64,000 nt of DNA. Origin: Candidatus Marinacidobacterium sp. GTDB taxonomy: Bacteria; Acidobacteriota; Vicinamibacteria; Marinacidobacterales; Marinacidobacteraceae. Position numbers and translations under genes: made by a program. Under the pieces are notes generated by a model. That model was not told the DNA's origin. It ran no database searches and saw nothing but the letters and a program-made list of their open reading frames with translations. Of the stretch, positions 48,032 to 61,299 are shown one piece after another (position 1 is the stretch's first letter; each line of letters begins with the position of its first letter). Where the stretch lies: positions 2,496,001-2,560,000 of the forward strand of contig OZ242011.1 of the NCBI GenBank assembly GCA_965204755.1, read 5' to 3'.

Positions 48032-48104
48032 CGGGCCCGGCGGTGAGGGATCGGCGGTGACGGGCCCGGCGGTGGCGGGCCTGCGGGTGACGGCCCGGCG
48101 GTGA
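48026..48104 (+). repeat. Degenerate about 15-bp tandem repeat (cgGTGAcgggcccgg) of the gcvT stop junction
   Basis: About six units seen directly after the stop codon. Confidence 0.8.
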
Positions 48105-48168
48105 AGCGGGATACGGTTCACCGGGCGCCGGGCGCCGGAGACCGACCCTCGAAGGAGAGCATCGAACC

Positions 48169-48561
48169 ATGAGCCCCGAAGACCTGCTCTACAGCCGGGA
48201 ACACGAATGGCTGCGCCTCGAGGCGGACGGGGAGGCGACGGTGGGGATCACCGAGCACGCCCAGAACGAACTCGGGGACATCGTCTATGTGGAGTTGCCG
48301 GAGGACGGCGCCTCCTTCGAGGCCGGCGAGGCGATGGGCAGCGTGGAGTCGGTGAAGGCGGTGTCCGAACTCTTCTGCCCGGCGGGCGGCGAAGTGCTCG
48401 CCCGGAACGAGGAACTCGAAAACGCTCCGGAGCGGGTGAACGAGTCGCCCTACGGGGACGGGTGGCTGGTCCGGCTGCGGCTGGCCGACCCGGAGTCCGC
48501 CGCCGAGGGGCTGCTCACCGCCGCCGCGTACGACGAGTTCGTCGCTTCCGAGGCGGGTTGA
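48169..48561 (+). CDS. gcvH: Glycine cleavage H protein
   Basis: AAGGAG RBS; HEW, LGDIVYVELP, VESVKAVSE (lipoyl Lys), PYGDGWL. Confidence 0.97.
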   Translation: MSPEDLLYSREHEWLRLEADGEATVGITEHAQNELGDIVYVELPEDGASFEAGEAMGSVESVKAVSELFCPAGGEVLARNEELENAPERVNESPYGDGWLVRLRLADPESAAEGLLTAAAYDEFVASEAG

Positions 48562-48619
48562 TCCGGCCCGTTCGTTCCTCCGGCCCTTTCGCCCGCCTCA
48601 CCGACCGCCTCTTCGACCG

Positions 48620-51714
<3,095 letters not shown>

Positions 51715-51718
<4 letters not shown>

Positions 51719-53280
51719 CCGCGAACGGAAACGGCGGATCGTCGTCGGGCGGGTCGTCCGGCCGGTTGTCGGGCGGGTCGTCGTTCGGCGCATCGTCCGG
51801 GAAGTCGTCCGGGAAACCTGGGCTGCGGGCCTGCGCCGCGCAGGTCAGCCCGGTGTTCCTGGACAAGAAGCGGAGCGCCGAGAAGTACGCCGAGTCGCTG
51901 GTCGAGGCCGGTCGGCGGGGCGTGGACCTGGTCGTTACCCCGGAGACCGGGATCGCGATGTATCCGTACTGGCGGAACAACTTCGGGTACGCCGACCCGG
52001 AGTCGGCCCGGGCGTGGAAGGAGACGGTGGCCGCGTTCTACGACCAGGCGGTGCGGATTCCCGGGCCGGAGACCGAAGTCCTGGGGAAGGCGGCGCGCTC
52101 GGCGGGGCTCACCGCGGTCATCGGGGTGAACGAGCAGGACGACCGGCCCGGCTCGCGGACGCTCTACAACACCATGATCTTCTTCGGCCCGGACGGCGAG
52201 ATCCTGGGGCGGCACCGCAAGTTGATGCCGACCCACCAGGAGCGCATCTTCTGGGGCCGGGGGGACGGCAGCGACCTGCGGGTGTTCGAGACGCCGTTCG
52301 GGACGCTCGGCGGGCTGATCTGTTTCGAGAACCACATGACGCTGCTCAAGGCGGCGATGGCGACGCTCGGCGAGGAAGTACACGCCGCCTGCTGGCCGGG
52401 GTATTGGGCGTATGCCGGCGAAGGCGCCACGGTGCGGGACATGAGCGGGACGCGGCATCCGCTCCACCGGTCCGACCAGGACGCGGCGGTGCGTGAGTAT
52501 GCGTTCGAGACGCAGACCTTCGTGGTTTCGGCGTCCATGTTCTTCGACGAGTCGGAAGTGCCGTCGGACTTTCCGTACCGGGAGAGCGCGAACTGGAAGT
52601 GGGCGATGGGCGGGAGTTCCATCGCCACGCCGTTCGGGACCTACGCCGCCGAGCCGGTGTTCGGGAAGGAAGAGTTGGTGATCGCCGACCTCGACCTCGC
52701 CGACCGGACGGTGGCGAAGAATGTGTTCGACTGCATGGGGCACTACGCGCGGTGGGATGTGGCGCAACTGCGGCTGAACCGGCGCGGCGTCGGCCCGGAG
52801 GCGGAGGAAGGGGGATTCCTCGCCAAGTTGCCGTTGCTGGCGGGGCTCGCGGGATTGGGTTCGGGCGGCGGGATCGCCGGGCCGCTGTCCGGGCTGTTGT
52901 CCGGGTCGGGGTCGGGCGGGCCGGAGTCGGGCCGGTCGGATGCGGGCGGGGCGGAGTCGGGCGGGCCGGGGGACGACTCGGAAGGGGAGTTCGGGTTCCG
53001 GTTGCCCGGGAGCGGACGGGCCCGGGCGATCGTCGGCGCGGTGTCCCCGGAGGAGGCGAAGCCGCTGGTGGAGGCGCTCAGCCGGAAGTACGGCCCGGGG
53101 GCGGTGTCCGCGCACCGGGCGGAACTCGACAGCGACGACCTGGACGAACTCGCCCGCTCGCACGGGCTCTCGCACGAGGAGATGGTTTCCTTGCTCCACG
53201 ACTTCATGGACCTGATCCGCCGCCGCAGCGAACTCGTGGTGCCCGAACTCGAGGGCCCGGACGAGCCGACGGACGCGTGA
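51715..53280 (+). CDS. Nitrilase (carbon-nitrogen hydrolase) with a C-terminal extension
   Basis: Catalytic triad TPET, HRKLMPT, GGLICFENH; MGHYARWDV; ATGA overlap with gcvP. Confidence 0.92.
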
Positions 53281-54491
53281 TGTCTTCGCGCGGAACCGGG
53301 GTATGGCCCGGAGGCCGGGTCGCGGCCGCCCTGTTCGCGGGCGTATTGGCGTTCCCCGCGCTCGGGTTCGCGTTCGCGCAGTCGTCGGGAGCGTCGCCTC
53401 CCGAAGCGTCGACTTCCGAAGCGTCGTCTTCCGAAGCGTCGTCTTCCGAAGGGGCTTCTCCGGTCGTTTCGCAGGCGGCGGAGGAGGCGCCGCTCGACGA
53501 GGTCTTCCACCACGACGCGCACTTCCATACGACGAACTACATCCAGACCGAGATCGCGTTGCCCCGCCTGCTCGAACTCATGGGCGACCAGGTGGGCCGG
53601 GCGGCGCTCATGGGGATCCCGCTGCAGCAGAAGTGGGACTCCTTCGTCTCCGGCGACCGCGCGCCGGACTACTACCTCCGCTCCGACGCGGCGCTCTACT
53701 ACTACTCCTTCGTGGACGCGATGACCGCCGAGGCGTACCGGGCGCTCCCCCCGGCGGACCGCGAGCGGTTCGACCCGATGATCGTGGGCTTCAACCCGAC
53801 GGACATGTATGCCGTGGACCACATCCGCCGGGCGCTGCTGCTCTATCCGGGCGTGTTCTCCGGGATCGGCGAGTTCTCGATCCACAAGGAAGTGGTTACC
53901 GCGAAGACGGCGGGGCATTCGGCGAGTCTGCGGAACGAGGCGGTGGGGCGCATCCTCGACTTCGCCGCGGAAGTCGGACTGGTGGTCTCGCTCCACAACG
54001 ATGTGGATGTGATCCTGCCCCGCTCCGGCGAACGCCCGACCTACCTGGACGACTTCGCCGCGCTGCTGCGCCGGCATCCGGGCGGGCCGGTGCTCTGGGC
54101 GCACGCCGGCATCGGCCGCTTCGTCGAACCGACGCCGGGCTACGCCGACGAGATCGAATCACTCCTCACCGACGAGTCGCTGCCGCACCTGTACTTCGAC
54201 CTGTCGTGGGACCTGGTGATCGACCAACTCGTCGCGGACGAGGCATCCCTCGCCGCCTGGGCGCGCCTGCTGAACACCTGGCCGACCCGTTTCGTCTTCG
54301 GCTCCGACGCGGTCATCCCGGCGGACGCCGAGGGCTACCGAAGCACCCTCCGCTCCTTCGCCCCCCTCCTCTCCCGCCTCACCCCGGAGGCCAGCGCCCT
54401 GATCCTCCACGGCAACTACGAACGCCTATTCGACCAAGCCCGCCGCCAAGTCCGCGCCTGGGAAGCCGCGCAGGCGGCAGGCGGGGAGTAG
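53280..54491 (+). CDS. Secreted amidohydrolase-family protein
   Basis: Signal peptide, DAHFH, GIGEFSIHKE, LWAHAG, FDLSWD, FGSD; TGATG overlap. Confidence 0.85.
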   Translation: MSSRGTGVWPGGRVAAALFAGVLAFPALGFAFAQSSGASPPEASTSEASSSEASSSEGASPVVSQAAEEAPLDEVFHHDAHFHTTNYIQTEIALPRLLELMGDQVGRAALMGIPLQQKWDSFVSGDRAPDYYLRSDAALYYYSFVDAMTAEAYRALPPADRERFDPMIVGFNPTDMYAVDHIRRALLLYPGVFSGIGEFSIHKEVVTAKTAGHSASLRNEAVGRILDFAAEVGLVVSLHNDVDVILPRSGERPTYLDDFAALLRRHPGGPVLWAHAGIGRFVEPTPGYADEIESLLTDESLPHLYFDLSWDLVIDQLVADEASLAAWARLLNTWPTRFVFGSDAVIPADAEGYRSTLRSFAPLLSRLTPEASALILHGNYERLFDQARRQVRAWEAAQAAGGE

Positions 54492-54593
54492 GGCCGCGCC
54501 GTTCGGCGCGCGAACGGCGCGAAGAAGGTGCGGCGGCGCTTCGAGATGGCGGGCAGCCTCTTCGGGGAGGTATTCGGTGCTCAGTCAGGTTGA
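54492..54593 (+). pseudogene. Start-less 3' remnant of a lost upstream gene (DUF262-like C-terminus)
   Basis: ANGAKKVRRRFEMAGSLFGEVFGAQSG* overlaps the next start and supplies its GGAGG; family assignment from recall. Confidence 0.45.
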
Positions 54594-55722
54594 GTTGCGG
54601 CTCTTCAAGTGCTTCGAGCACTTGCTGCTTCCGCTTGCCCCACTGACGCTGCTCACGGGCGCCAACGCGTCGGGCAAGTCGTCGGTTCTGCAGAGCCTCG
54701 TTCTGCTGCACCAGACCATTCGGGAAAACGAGAGGGCTTCGCGACTGGCGCTCAACGGCGCCGGAGTTCGCCTCGGGCGGGCGCCCGACATCGTGAACGA
54801 TGCGTCGGGGCGCGACCGATTCACCCTGGGACTGACGGACGGAGACGAACGAGTCGAGTGGACATTCGCCGGGGATCGCCACGAGAGGTCCATGGCCGTC
54901 GAATCCCTGAGCATCCGCGGTGAGCCGGTCGAGCCAGTTCCGGAACTTCGATACCTGCTTCCGGAGGACGAGTCCGCCCTGGGGCGCTTGGCCGGGCGCC
55001 TAAGAGGCCTGACCTATCTCACGGCGGCGCGGGCTGCGCCGCAGGGGACCTATGCCCTCGCCGATCCGCACTCGTCGGGTCTCGTAGGAGCGCAGGGGGA
55101 GTACGCGCCCGGCGTGCTGCACCGGAAGCGGGAGGAGCGAGTGGCGGGGGCGCTGGCGCTACCGGAGGGCCCGGAGGCGCTGTTTCCGCAAGTGGAAGAG
55201 CGAATGCGGACACTGTTTCCGGGTTTTCGGTTGGCTCTGGAGGAAGTTCCCGGAACGAGCGCGGTTTCGGTGGGGCTGCGGACATCGGAGGACACGGACT
55301 TCCACCGACCCGCGCACACGGGCTTCGGCCTCACGCGGTGTTTCCCGATCGTCGTGGCGGCGCTGGCAGCGGCAGACGGAGACCTTCTCCTGATCGAGAA
55401 TCCGGAACTGCACCTGCATCCTGCGGGACAGGCGCGGATGGGGCGGTTTCTCGCGGAGGTGGCGGCCGCCGGACGGCAGGTTCTTCTCGAGACCCACAGC
55501 GACCATGTGCTCAACGGCGTCCGGCGAGCGGTCAAGGATGGAAGGCTCGACGCGGAGGATGTCGCCGCGCACTTCTTCCGGCCCCGGTCGGAGGATCGTC
55601 CGCAGGTCGCGAGTCCGGCTCTCGACCGCGACGGGCGGATAGATCATTGGCCGCCGGGATTCTTCGACCAGTTCGACCGGGACGCCGGTTACCTCGCCGG
55701 GTGGAGCGACGGCGGCGCCTGA
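54577..55722 (+). CDS. ABC/AAA_21-type ATPase with DUF3696
   Basis: FKCF, TGANASGKSS, GFGL, IENPELHLHP, ETHSDH, WPPGFFDQ. Confidence 0.92.
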   Translation: MLSQVELRLFKCFEHLLLPLAPLTLLTGANASGKSSVLQSLVLLHQTIRENERASRLALNGAGVRLGRAPDIVNDASGRDRFTLGLTDGDERVEWTFAGDRHERSMAVESLSIRGEPVEPVPELRYLLPEDESALGRLAGRLRGLTYLTAARAAPQGTYALADPHSSGLVGAQGEYAPGVLHRKREERVAGALALPEGPEALFPQVEERMRTLFPGFRLALEEVPGTSAVSVGLRTSEDTDFHRPAHTGFGLTRCFPIVVAALAAADGDLLLIENPELHLHPAGQARMGRFLAEVAAAGRQVLLETHSDHVLNGVRRAVKDGRLDAEDVAAHFFRPRSEDRPQVASPALDRDGRIDHWPPGFFDQFDRDAGYLAGWSDGGA

Positions 55723-55723
55723 C

Positions 55724-55768
55724 TTGGAACTCGTCTTCAACGAACTCTCCCCGCGCGGCCAGTTCTGA
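55724..55768 (+). pseudogene. 14-codon 5' stub of a truncated downstream gene
   Basis: TTG 1 nt after the ATPase stop: MELVFNELSPRGQF*. Confidence 0.4.
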
Positions 55769-55778
55769 GGGGTCTTCG

Positions 55779-57035
55779 GTGAACCATCCGACCAGCCTGA
55801 CCTTGGACGAGGTGCGTTGCTTCAGCGGCGCCCGGACCGGACCGATCGGACGGATAACGGTTCTGATCGGGGACAACGGTACGGGCAAGTCCACCTTCCT
55901 CGGTTGTTACCGAGCCTTCGCCGAGTTGACCGGTTTCGATGACCTGCGAGACCGCAACTACTTCGACGCCGATCCGTTTCGGATGGGGAGGTTTCCCGAC
56001 ATCGCCCGCGACGGGGCCGGGGAGTTCGCCGTGGCGGGGGCTTTCGGCGGTCGCTGCCATGAGAGCGTGCGTATCGCGTTCGGTGACGGGGGCCGGGAGT
56101 ATCCGGAGGAACGCTCGATCTCGATCCGGCCGGCGAATGCGCCCCACCCGTTTCGCATCGAGAGGATTTGCGAAAGCCGGGAAGCGTGGAGGCTGGAGGG
56201 GCCCGGCTTTCGGTTCGAACTCGATGCCGCGGATGTGGACTGGCGGCAGATGACCACCTGGCTGTCTCTCCAGGTCCGCCACGGGCAGTTGCCGTTCCGC
56301 GGCGAACTCACGGAGTTGCGGAAACGGATACCGGGTATTTCCGCCGATCGACAAAACGCGTTCGCCGCGTTGGCCAACTATCTCGCGGGCCTGCCGTTCC
56401 CGAGGGAGTCAGCGCGCGTCGTCCCGCTCCAACCCGGTCCCGCCGAACGGCGCCGGCGCTACACGACGCTTCCGTACGCCGTGGACGATGGAGTCCTCGC
56501 CGAGCGCGTGGCAGCCATCGGCAGGGAGGTCGGCCTGTTCTCGCAGGTCGGGAGTTCCCCGCCGGGCCCCGACGGCGCGAGGGAAATCCGCGTCCGGACG
56601 CCGGACGGATGGCGGAACCTCATGGACGCGGGATACGGGGTCCATTCGGTCTTGGCTCTGCTCTTCGCCATCTGCGGACATGGCGATGACACGGCCTTCC
56701 TGCTGCAACAGCCGGAGGCCCGCATCCATCCGGGTGCGCAGGCGGCTCTCGCTACGGTCATGGCCTCGAGTCGCCAGCGTTTCCTGATCGAGACGCACAG
56801 CGACCACTTCGTGGACCGGTTCCGCATCTGCGTGATGGAGGGTGACCTGGAGCCCGAGGACTTGCAGATCCTCTATTTCGAGAAGGCGCAGGATGGCCGG
56901 GGTTCGACGATCCACGGGATCGGCGTGGATCGAAACGGCAACCTGGAGGGCGAGCCCCGCGAGTTTCGGAGGTTCTTCCTGGAGGAGATGGAGCGTCTCC
57001 TCGGCTTCGGTCGGTTGGAGCGCGAAATGGCCTGA
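55779..57035 (+). CDS. Second ABC/AAA_21-type ATPase (DUF3696-like)
   Basis: VRCF, GDNGTGKST, GYGV, LLQQPEARIHP, ETHSDH. Confidence 0.88.
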   Translation: MNHPTSLTLDEVRCFSGARTGPIGRITVLIGDNGTGKSTFLGCYRAFAELTGFDDLRDRNYFDADPFRMGRFPDIARDGAGEFAVAGAFGGRCHESVRIAFGDGGREYPEERSISIRPANAPHPFRIERICESREAWRLEGPGFRFELDAADVDWRQMTTWLSLQVRHGQLPFRGELTELRKRIPGISADRQNAFAALANYLAGLPFPRESARVVPLQPGPAERRRRYTTLPYAVDDGVLAERVAAIGREVGLFSQVGSSPPGPDGAREIRVRTPDGWRNLMDAGYGVHSVLALLFAICGHGDDTAFLLQQPEARIHPGAQAALATVMASSRQRFLIETHSDHFVDRFRICVMEGDLEPEDLQILYFEKAQDGRGSTIHGIGVDRNGNLEGEPREFRRFFLEEMERLLGFGRLEREMA

Positions 57036-57053
57036 CCGGCGGCGGGGCGGCGG

Positions 57054-58250
57054 TCAGGACTTCGGGGGGCGGGTTCCGCCGTTTGCTCGGTAGGCCTCGA
57101 TGGCGAAGTAGAGGGCGTAGAGGAGGTTGGGGAAGCGGTAGCGGCCGCGGGCCTCCGGATCGGCTACGAGGGCCTCGAGTTTTCGCATGCGGCGGAGGAA
57201 GTTGTCGAGCACTCGCCGTTCGTGGGTCGTCAACCTCGGGATCAGTTCCGCCCGACGAAACTCGAACCGGGGTTCGTCGGAAATCTTCCGCAGGATGGAT
57301 CGGTACCTCTCGCTGCGGATCGCTTGGAAGACTTGGGGTTCGAGGAGTTTCGAGCCGACGACATCGGCCGCCAGAGTGATCCCGAGAGAAATGTCCCGAG
57401 CGGTGATCGTCGGGCCTGCCGCCGATCGCCACACGGCATCGCCGATCTCGTGGGCGAGCACCGGCAGCCCGCCGGAGAAATCCACGAGGGGTTTCAGGCC
57501 CCGGTCCTCGACCTGTGCGTCTCCGGCGGCGAACGACTTCCGGAAGAACTCAAGCGTTTCCGCCGGAGACCACGGTGCGATTTCGATCAGGTCGAAGACA
57601 CGGGCGAGCGAGGGCTGTTCCCGGATCATGCGTTGGCGGCGCTCTTCGATGCCCACGAGCAGGAGGCACAGGCGGGAGTCGTCGTAGGCGATGGCGAGTT
57701 CCTCCAGCGAACTCTTCAGCCAATTGGCGAATTCCCACGATTCGGCCAAGCCGTTGATGTCGTCGAGGATCAGCACGAGGGACTTCCGTTCGGGCTGGAG
57801 GCCCTGGACGATCTTGTGGACTCCTGGGACGAAGCGGTCGCGAAGGTCCGCCATTTCCGCCGGCCGAAGGGCGAGTTGGACGCCGAACATCCCGGCGGAC
57901 TGCACGCGTTCCCCGAAGATTTCCGCGATTTTCTGGAACCAGGGCCGCGTAGCGTTCTGTTCCACGAGGTGTTCCCAAGTGCGGGCGACCATGCGATTGA
58001 GGTCGGCGGCGCCTCCGAGCGGCACATAGCATCCGGCGACTTCGTCCAGGCTTTCGACGGCCTGCCGGGCGATCCGGGCCACGGTGCTCTTGCCCATCCC
58101 TCGCTCGCCGGTCACGAACCCGGCCACTACCTGTCCCTTGGCGCTCGCGCGCGCCAAGCCGCGAATCCGCTCGATGGCGTTCTCCCTGCCGACGATCGCC
58201 TCGGTCAGGGGGAAGCGACCCGGGCGGAACGGAGACGAGTCGGGGTTCAC
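57054..58250 (-). CDS. AAA_16/STAND-like ATPase with C-terminal winged helix
   Basis: SPFRPG, VGRE, GERGMGKST, LILDDING, SGGLP. Confidence 0.88.
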   Translation of the reverse strand: MNPDSSPFRPGRFPLTEAIVGRENAIERIRGLARASAKGQVVAGFVTGERGMGKSTVARIARQAVESLDEVAGCYVPLGGAADLNRMVARTWEHLVEQNATRPWFQKIAEIFGERVQSAGMFGVQLALRPAEMADLRDRFVPGVHKIVQGLQPERKSLVLILDDINGLAESWEFANWLKSSLEELAIAYDDSRLCLLLVGIEERRQRMIREQPSLARVFDLIEIAPWSPAETLEFFRKSFAAGDAQVEDRGLKPLVDFSGGLPVLAHEIGDAVWRSAAGPTITARDISLGITLAADVVGSKLLEPQVFQAIRSERYRSILRKISDEPRFEFRRAELIPRLTTHERRVLDNFLRRMRKLEALVADPEARGRYRFPNLLYALYFAIEAYRANGGTRPPKS

Positions 58251-58497
58251 GAGCGGAGCGCGGACCGGCGATCCTGCGCATCGCGGCCCGGTGTGAGTTT
58301 ACGCCCGCCCACGGAGCGCCGCTCCGGCGGAGACCCCGGGGCGTGGAGCGGTCCCCGGGCGTCGGCAGACGGGGCTTCGGCCGAATACCGCCTCGGCGCG
58401 GCGTGCGCGTGCCGCAGGGGGCACGGGCGGCGCGGCGTGGACGGGCGTCCGGGGGCGGGCGTCTCCGTCGGCGCGGGGATTCGTACACTTCCGGGCC

Positions 58498-61299
58498 GTG
58501 CCGGGCCGTTTTCGTTTCGTTGTTCTCGCGACGCTTGCGTCGGTCGGGTTGGGGGCGGGGGGCGCGGTGGGCGGGCAGGCGGGGGGGCCGGAGGCGGGGC
58601 GGGCGGCGGAGACCTGGCATTGGGTGCAGAAGTTGCAGACCACCGGGTCGGTGCTGCAGATCACGGCGCATCCGGATGACGAGGACGGGGGGCTGCTGGC
58701 GCTGCTGGGCCGGGGGCACGGGGCGCGGACTTCGCTGCTGAGCCTGACTCGGGGGGAGGCCGGGGCGAACGCGATCGGGCCGGAACTGTTCGATGCGCTG
58801 GGGGTGATCCGGGCGGGGGAACTCGAGGTCGCCGGGCGGTGGTACGGGCTGGACCGGATCTACTTCACGCCGCTCGCGGACTACGGGTATTCGAAGAGTC
58901 TCGAAGAGGCGCAGCGCTCCTGGGACGAGGAGGCGGCGGTCGCGGATGTGGTGGAGGTGATTCGGCGGGAGCGGCCGCTGGTGGTCCACGCGCGGTTCGA
59001 CGGGACGCCCGCCGACGGGCACGGGCAGCACCGGTTCGCCGGGCGGGTGGCGGCGCGGGCGTTCGAGGCTGCGGGCGATCTCGCGGCGTTCCCGCCGCGG
59101 GAGGGGCGGCGCGGGTACTTGCCGGGGGCGCTGTTCGTCTCCGTTCGGGGCGGGGGCGAATCGGGCGGGGGCGAAGTGGCGCTGGATCTCTCGGGGTCGC
59201 GGCCTTGGCTCTCGCGGTCGTTCGCGGAACTGGGCGCGGTCGGGCTTTCGGTCCAGCGGTCGCAGACGCGGGGCGTGGTTCGGGAGGCCGGGCCGGGGGG
59301 CCGGCGGCGGGTGGCGCGGCTGCGGCGGGTGGACGACGGGGCCGGCGGACTGGCGGGCGGCGCCGGCGGACTGGCGGGCGGCGCGGGCGGACTGGCGGGC
59401 GGCGCGGGCGGGGTGGAGGGGGTTTCGGCGGACCTGCTCGGGCTTCTCTCGCCGGAGAACGCCTCGCTCTCCGCGCGGTTCGGGGCGGTGGTTCCGGCGC
59501 GGCTGGGGGAGGCGCTTCGGGAGTTGGACGAGGCGTTCGCCGGGATTGCGCGGGACTTCGACTGGACGGCGCCGGAGGCGAGCCTGCCGGCGCTGGGCGC
59601 GGCGCTCGCCGGGGCGCGGGCGCTGCTGGGGGAGCGGTCGCCGTCGGGGTTCTTCGATGTGCGGCGCGAGTTGACGGTGAAGGAGCGGCAGTTGGAGGCG
59701 GCGGTCCGGGCGGCGGCCGGGGCGCGGATCTCGGCGACGGCGCGGCCGGTCGGGGCGGGTGACGAAGGGGCGGGTGACGAACCGGTGGGGGCGTTCGGGG
59801 CGCCGGTCGCCCTGGGGCCGGTGGTTCCGGGGCAGGAGGTCGAGGTGGCGGTCTGCGCCTCGGCGCTCGCTCCGGCGCGGGTGGAGGCGGTGCTGGTCGA
59901 AGGGCCGGGGGAGGTGGTCGAGATCGCTCCGGGGGACGCCGGCGGGGATGGCGCGTCGGCTTGCGCGGGCTTTCGGGTCGCGGTGGCGGCGGACGCCGCG
60001 CCGTTCGCGTATCCGGTCCGGCGCGACTCCATCGGCGAGAACCGCTACCGGACGGTCGGGGACTGGAGCCGGGGGGCGCCGCCGGCGGCGTTCACGGCGA
60101 CGGCGCGGCTGGCGATTCCCCGGGCCGGGGGCGGGGAGGTGGAGGCGCCGCTGGTGGCGGCGGTGGAGCGGTTCGAGTCGAACCTGCCCTACGGGTACGA
60201 GCGGCGGACGCTCGAGGTGCTGCCGCCGGTGTCCGTCCGGTTCGAGCCGGACTTCGCGGCGCTGCCGGCGGGGAGGGGCGAAGCGGAGTTCGCCGCGGCG
60301 CTTACCGCTACGGGGCGCGCCGCCGGGGAGTACCGGGTGGCGCTCGCGGCGCCGGAGGGGTTCCGGGCGGAACCCGAGTCGCAGGTCGTCCGGTTCGACC
60401 GCTCCGGGGAGACGGCGCGAGTGGAGTTCACCGTATCCGCCGCCGGGCTGGCCGCGGGCGGGGCGTCGCCGGTGATCCGGGCGACCGTCGCTCCGGTCGG
60501 GGTGTCCGGCGGCGCTTCGCCCACCCCGGCGCTCGGCTATGCGCGGATCGCGCACCGCGACCTTCCGCTCGGCTACGACATCCGCCCGGCGGCGCTGCGG
60601 GTGGCGGTCGCCGACCTCGCCCCGCTGCCGGAGGGGTTGCGGGTCGGCTTCGTGAGCGGCGCCGGGGACCGGGTGGCCGAGGCGGTGCGGGCGCTCGGCG
60701 CGGAAGTCGTCCCGCTCGACGACGAGGACCTGGCGAGCGCGCCGCTCGACGGGTTCGACGCCGTGCTCCTCGGGACCCGCGCCTACGCCTTCCGGCCGGC
60801 GCTCCACGCCGCGAACCGGCGGCTGCTCGACTACGCCCGCGGCGGGGGGCACCTGGTCGTCCTCTACAACACCGAGGAGTTGGTTCCGGCGGAGCACGCG
60901 CCCTATCCGGGGACGCTGCCGCGCCGGTCGGAGGAAGTCTCCGAGGAGGACGGCGCGATCACGATCCTCGCGCCCGACCATCCGCTGCTGGCTTGGCCGA
61001 ACCGGATCGGGGAGGAGGACTTCGCGGGGTGGGTGGAACAGCGCGGCTCCAAGTTCTGGAGCGAGTGGGACGCCGCCTACACGCCGCTGTTCGAGGCGAA
61101 CGACTCCGGCCAGCCGCCGCAGCGGGGCGGGGCGCTGACGGCGGAGACGGGGAGCGGGCGGTACACCTACTTCGCCTACGCCCTCCACCGGCAACTGCCG
61201 GAGGCGGTGCCGGGCGCGTTCCGGCTGCTGGCGAACCTGGTCGCGGCGCGTCGGTATCCGGGTTCGGGGGCGGGTTCGGGGCCGGGGGGCGGGCGGTGA
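58498..61299 (+). CDS. PIG-L family deacetylase with Ig-like (NEW3) and class I GATase-like domains
   Basis: Signal peptide, AHPDDED, TRGEAGAN, DYGYSKS, HGQH, RQLPEAVPGAFRLLANL. Confidence 0.9.
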   Translation: MPGRFRFVVLATLASVGLGAGGAVGGQAGGPEAGRAAETWHWVQKLQTTGSVLQITAHPDDEDGGLLALLGRGHGARTSLLSLTRGEAGANAIGPELFDALGVIRAGELEVAGRWYGLDRIYFTPLADYGYSKSLEEAQRSWDEEAAVADVVEVIRRERPLVVHARFDGTPADGHGQHRFAGRVAARAFEAAGDLAAFPPREGRRGYLPGALFVSVRGGGESGGGEVALDLSGSRPWLSRSFAELGAVGLSVQRSQTRGVVREAGPGGRRRVARLRRVDDGAGGLAGGAGGLAGGAGGLAGGAGGVEGVSADLLGLLSPENASLSARFGAVVPARLGEALRELDEAFAGIARDFDWTAPEASLPALGAALAGARALLGERSPSGFFDVRRELTVKERQLEAAVRAAAGARISATARPVGAGDEGAGDEPVGAFGAPVALGPVVPGQEVEVAVCASALAPARVEAVLVEGPGEVVEIAPGDAGGDGASACAGFRVAVAADAAPFAYPVRRDSIGENRYRTVGDWSRGAPPAAFTATARLAIPRAGGGEVEAPLVAAVERFESNLPYGYERRTLEVLPPVSVRFEPDFAALPAGRGEAEFAAALTATGRAAGEYRVALAAPEGFRAEPESQVVRFDRSGETARVEFTVSAAGLAAGGASPVIRATVAPVGVSGGASPTPALGYARIAHRDLPLGYDIRPAALRVAVADLAPLPEGLRVGFVSGAGDRVAEAVRALGAEVVPLDDEDLASAPLDGFDAVLLGTRAYAFRPALHAANRRLLDYARGGGHLVVLYNTEELVPAEHAPYPGTLPRRSEEVSEEDGAITILAPDHPLLAWPNRIGEEDFAGWVEQRGSKFWSEWDAAYTPLFEANDSGQPPQRGGALTAETGSGRYTYFAYALHRQLPEAVPGAFRLLANLVAARRYPGSGAGSGPGGGR

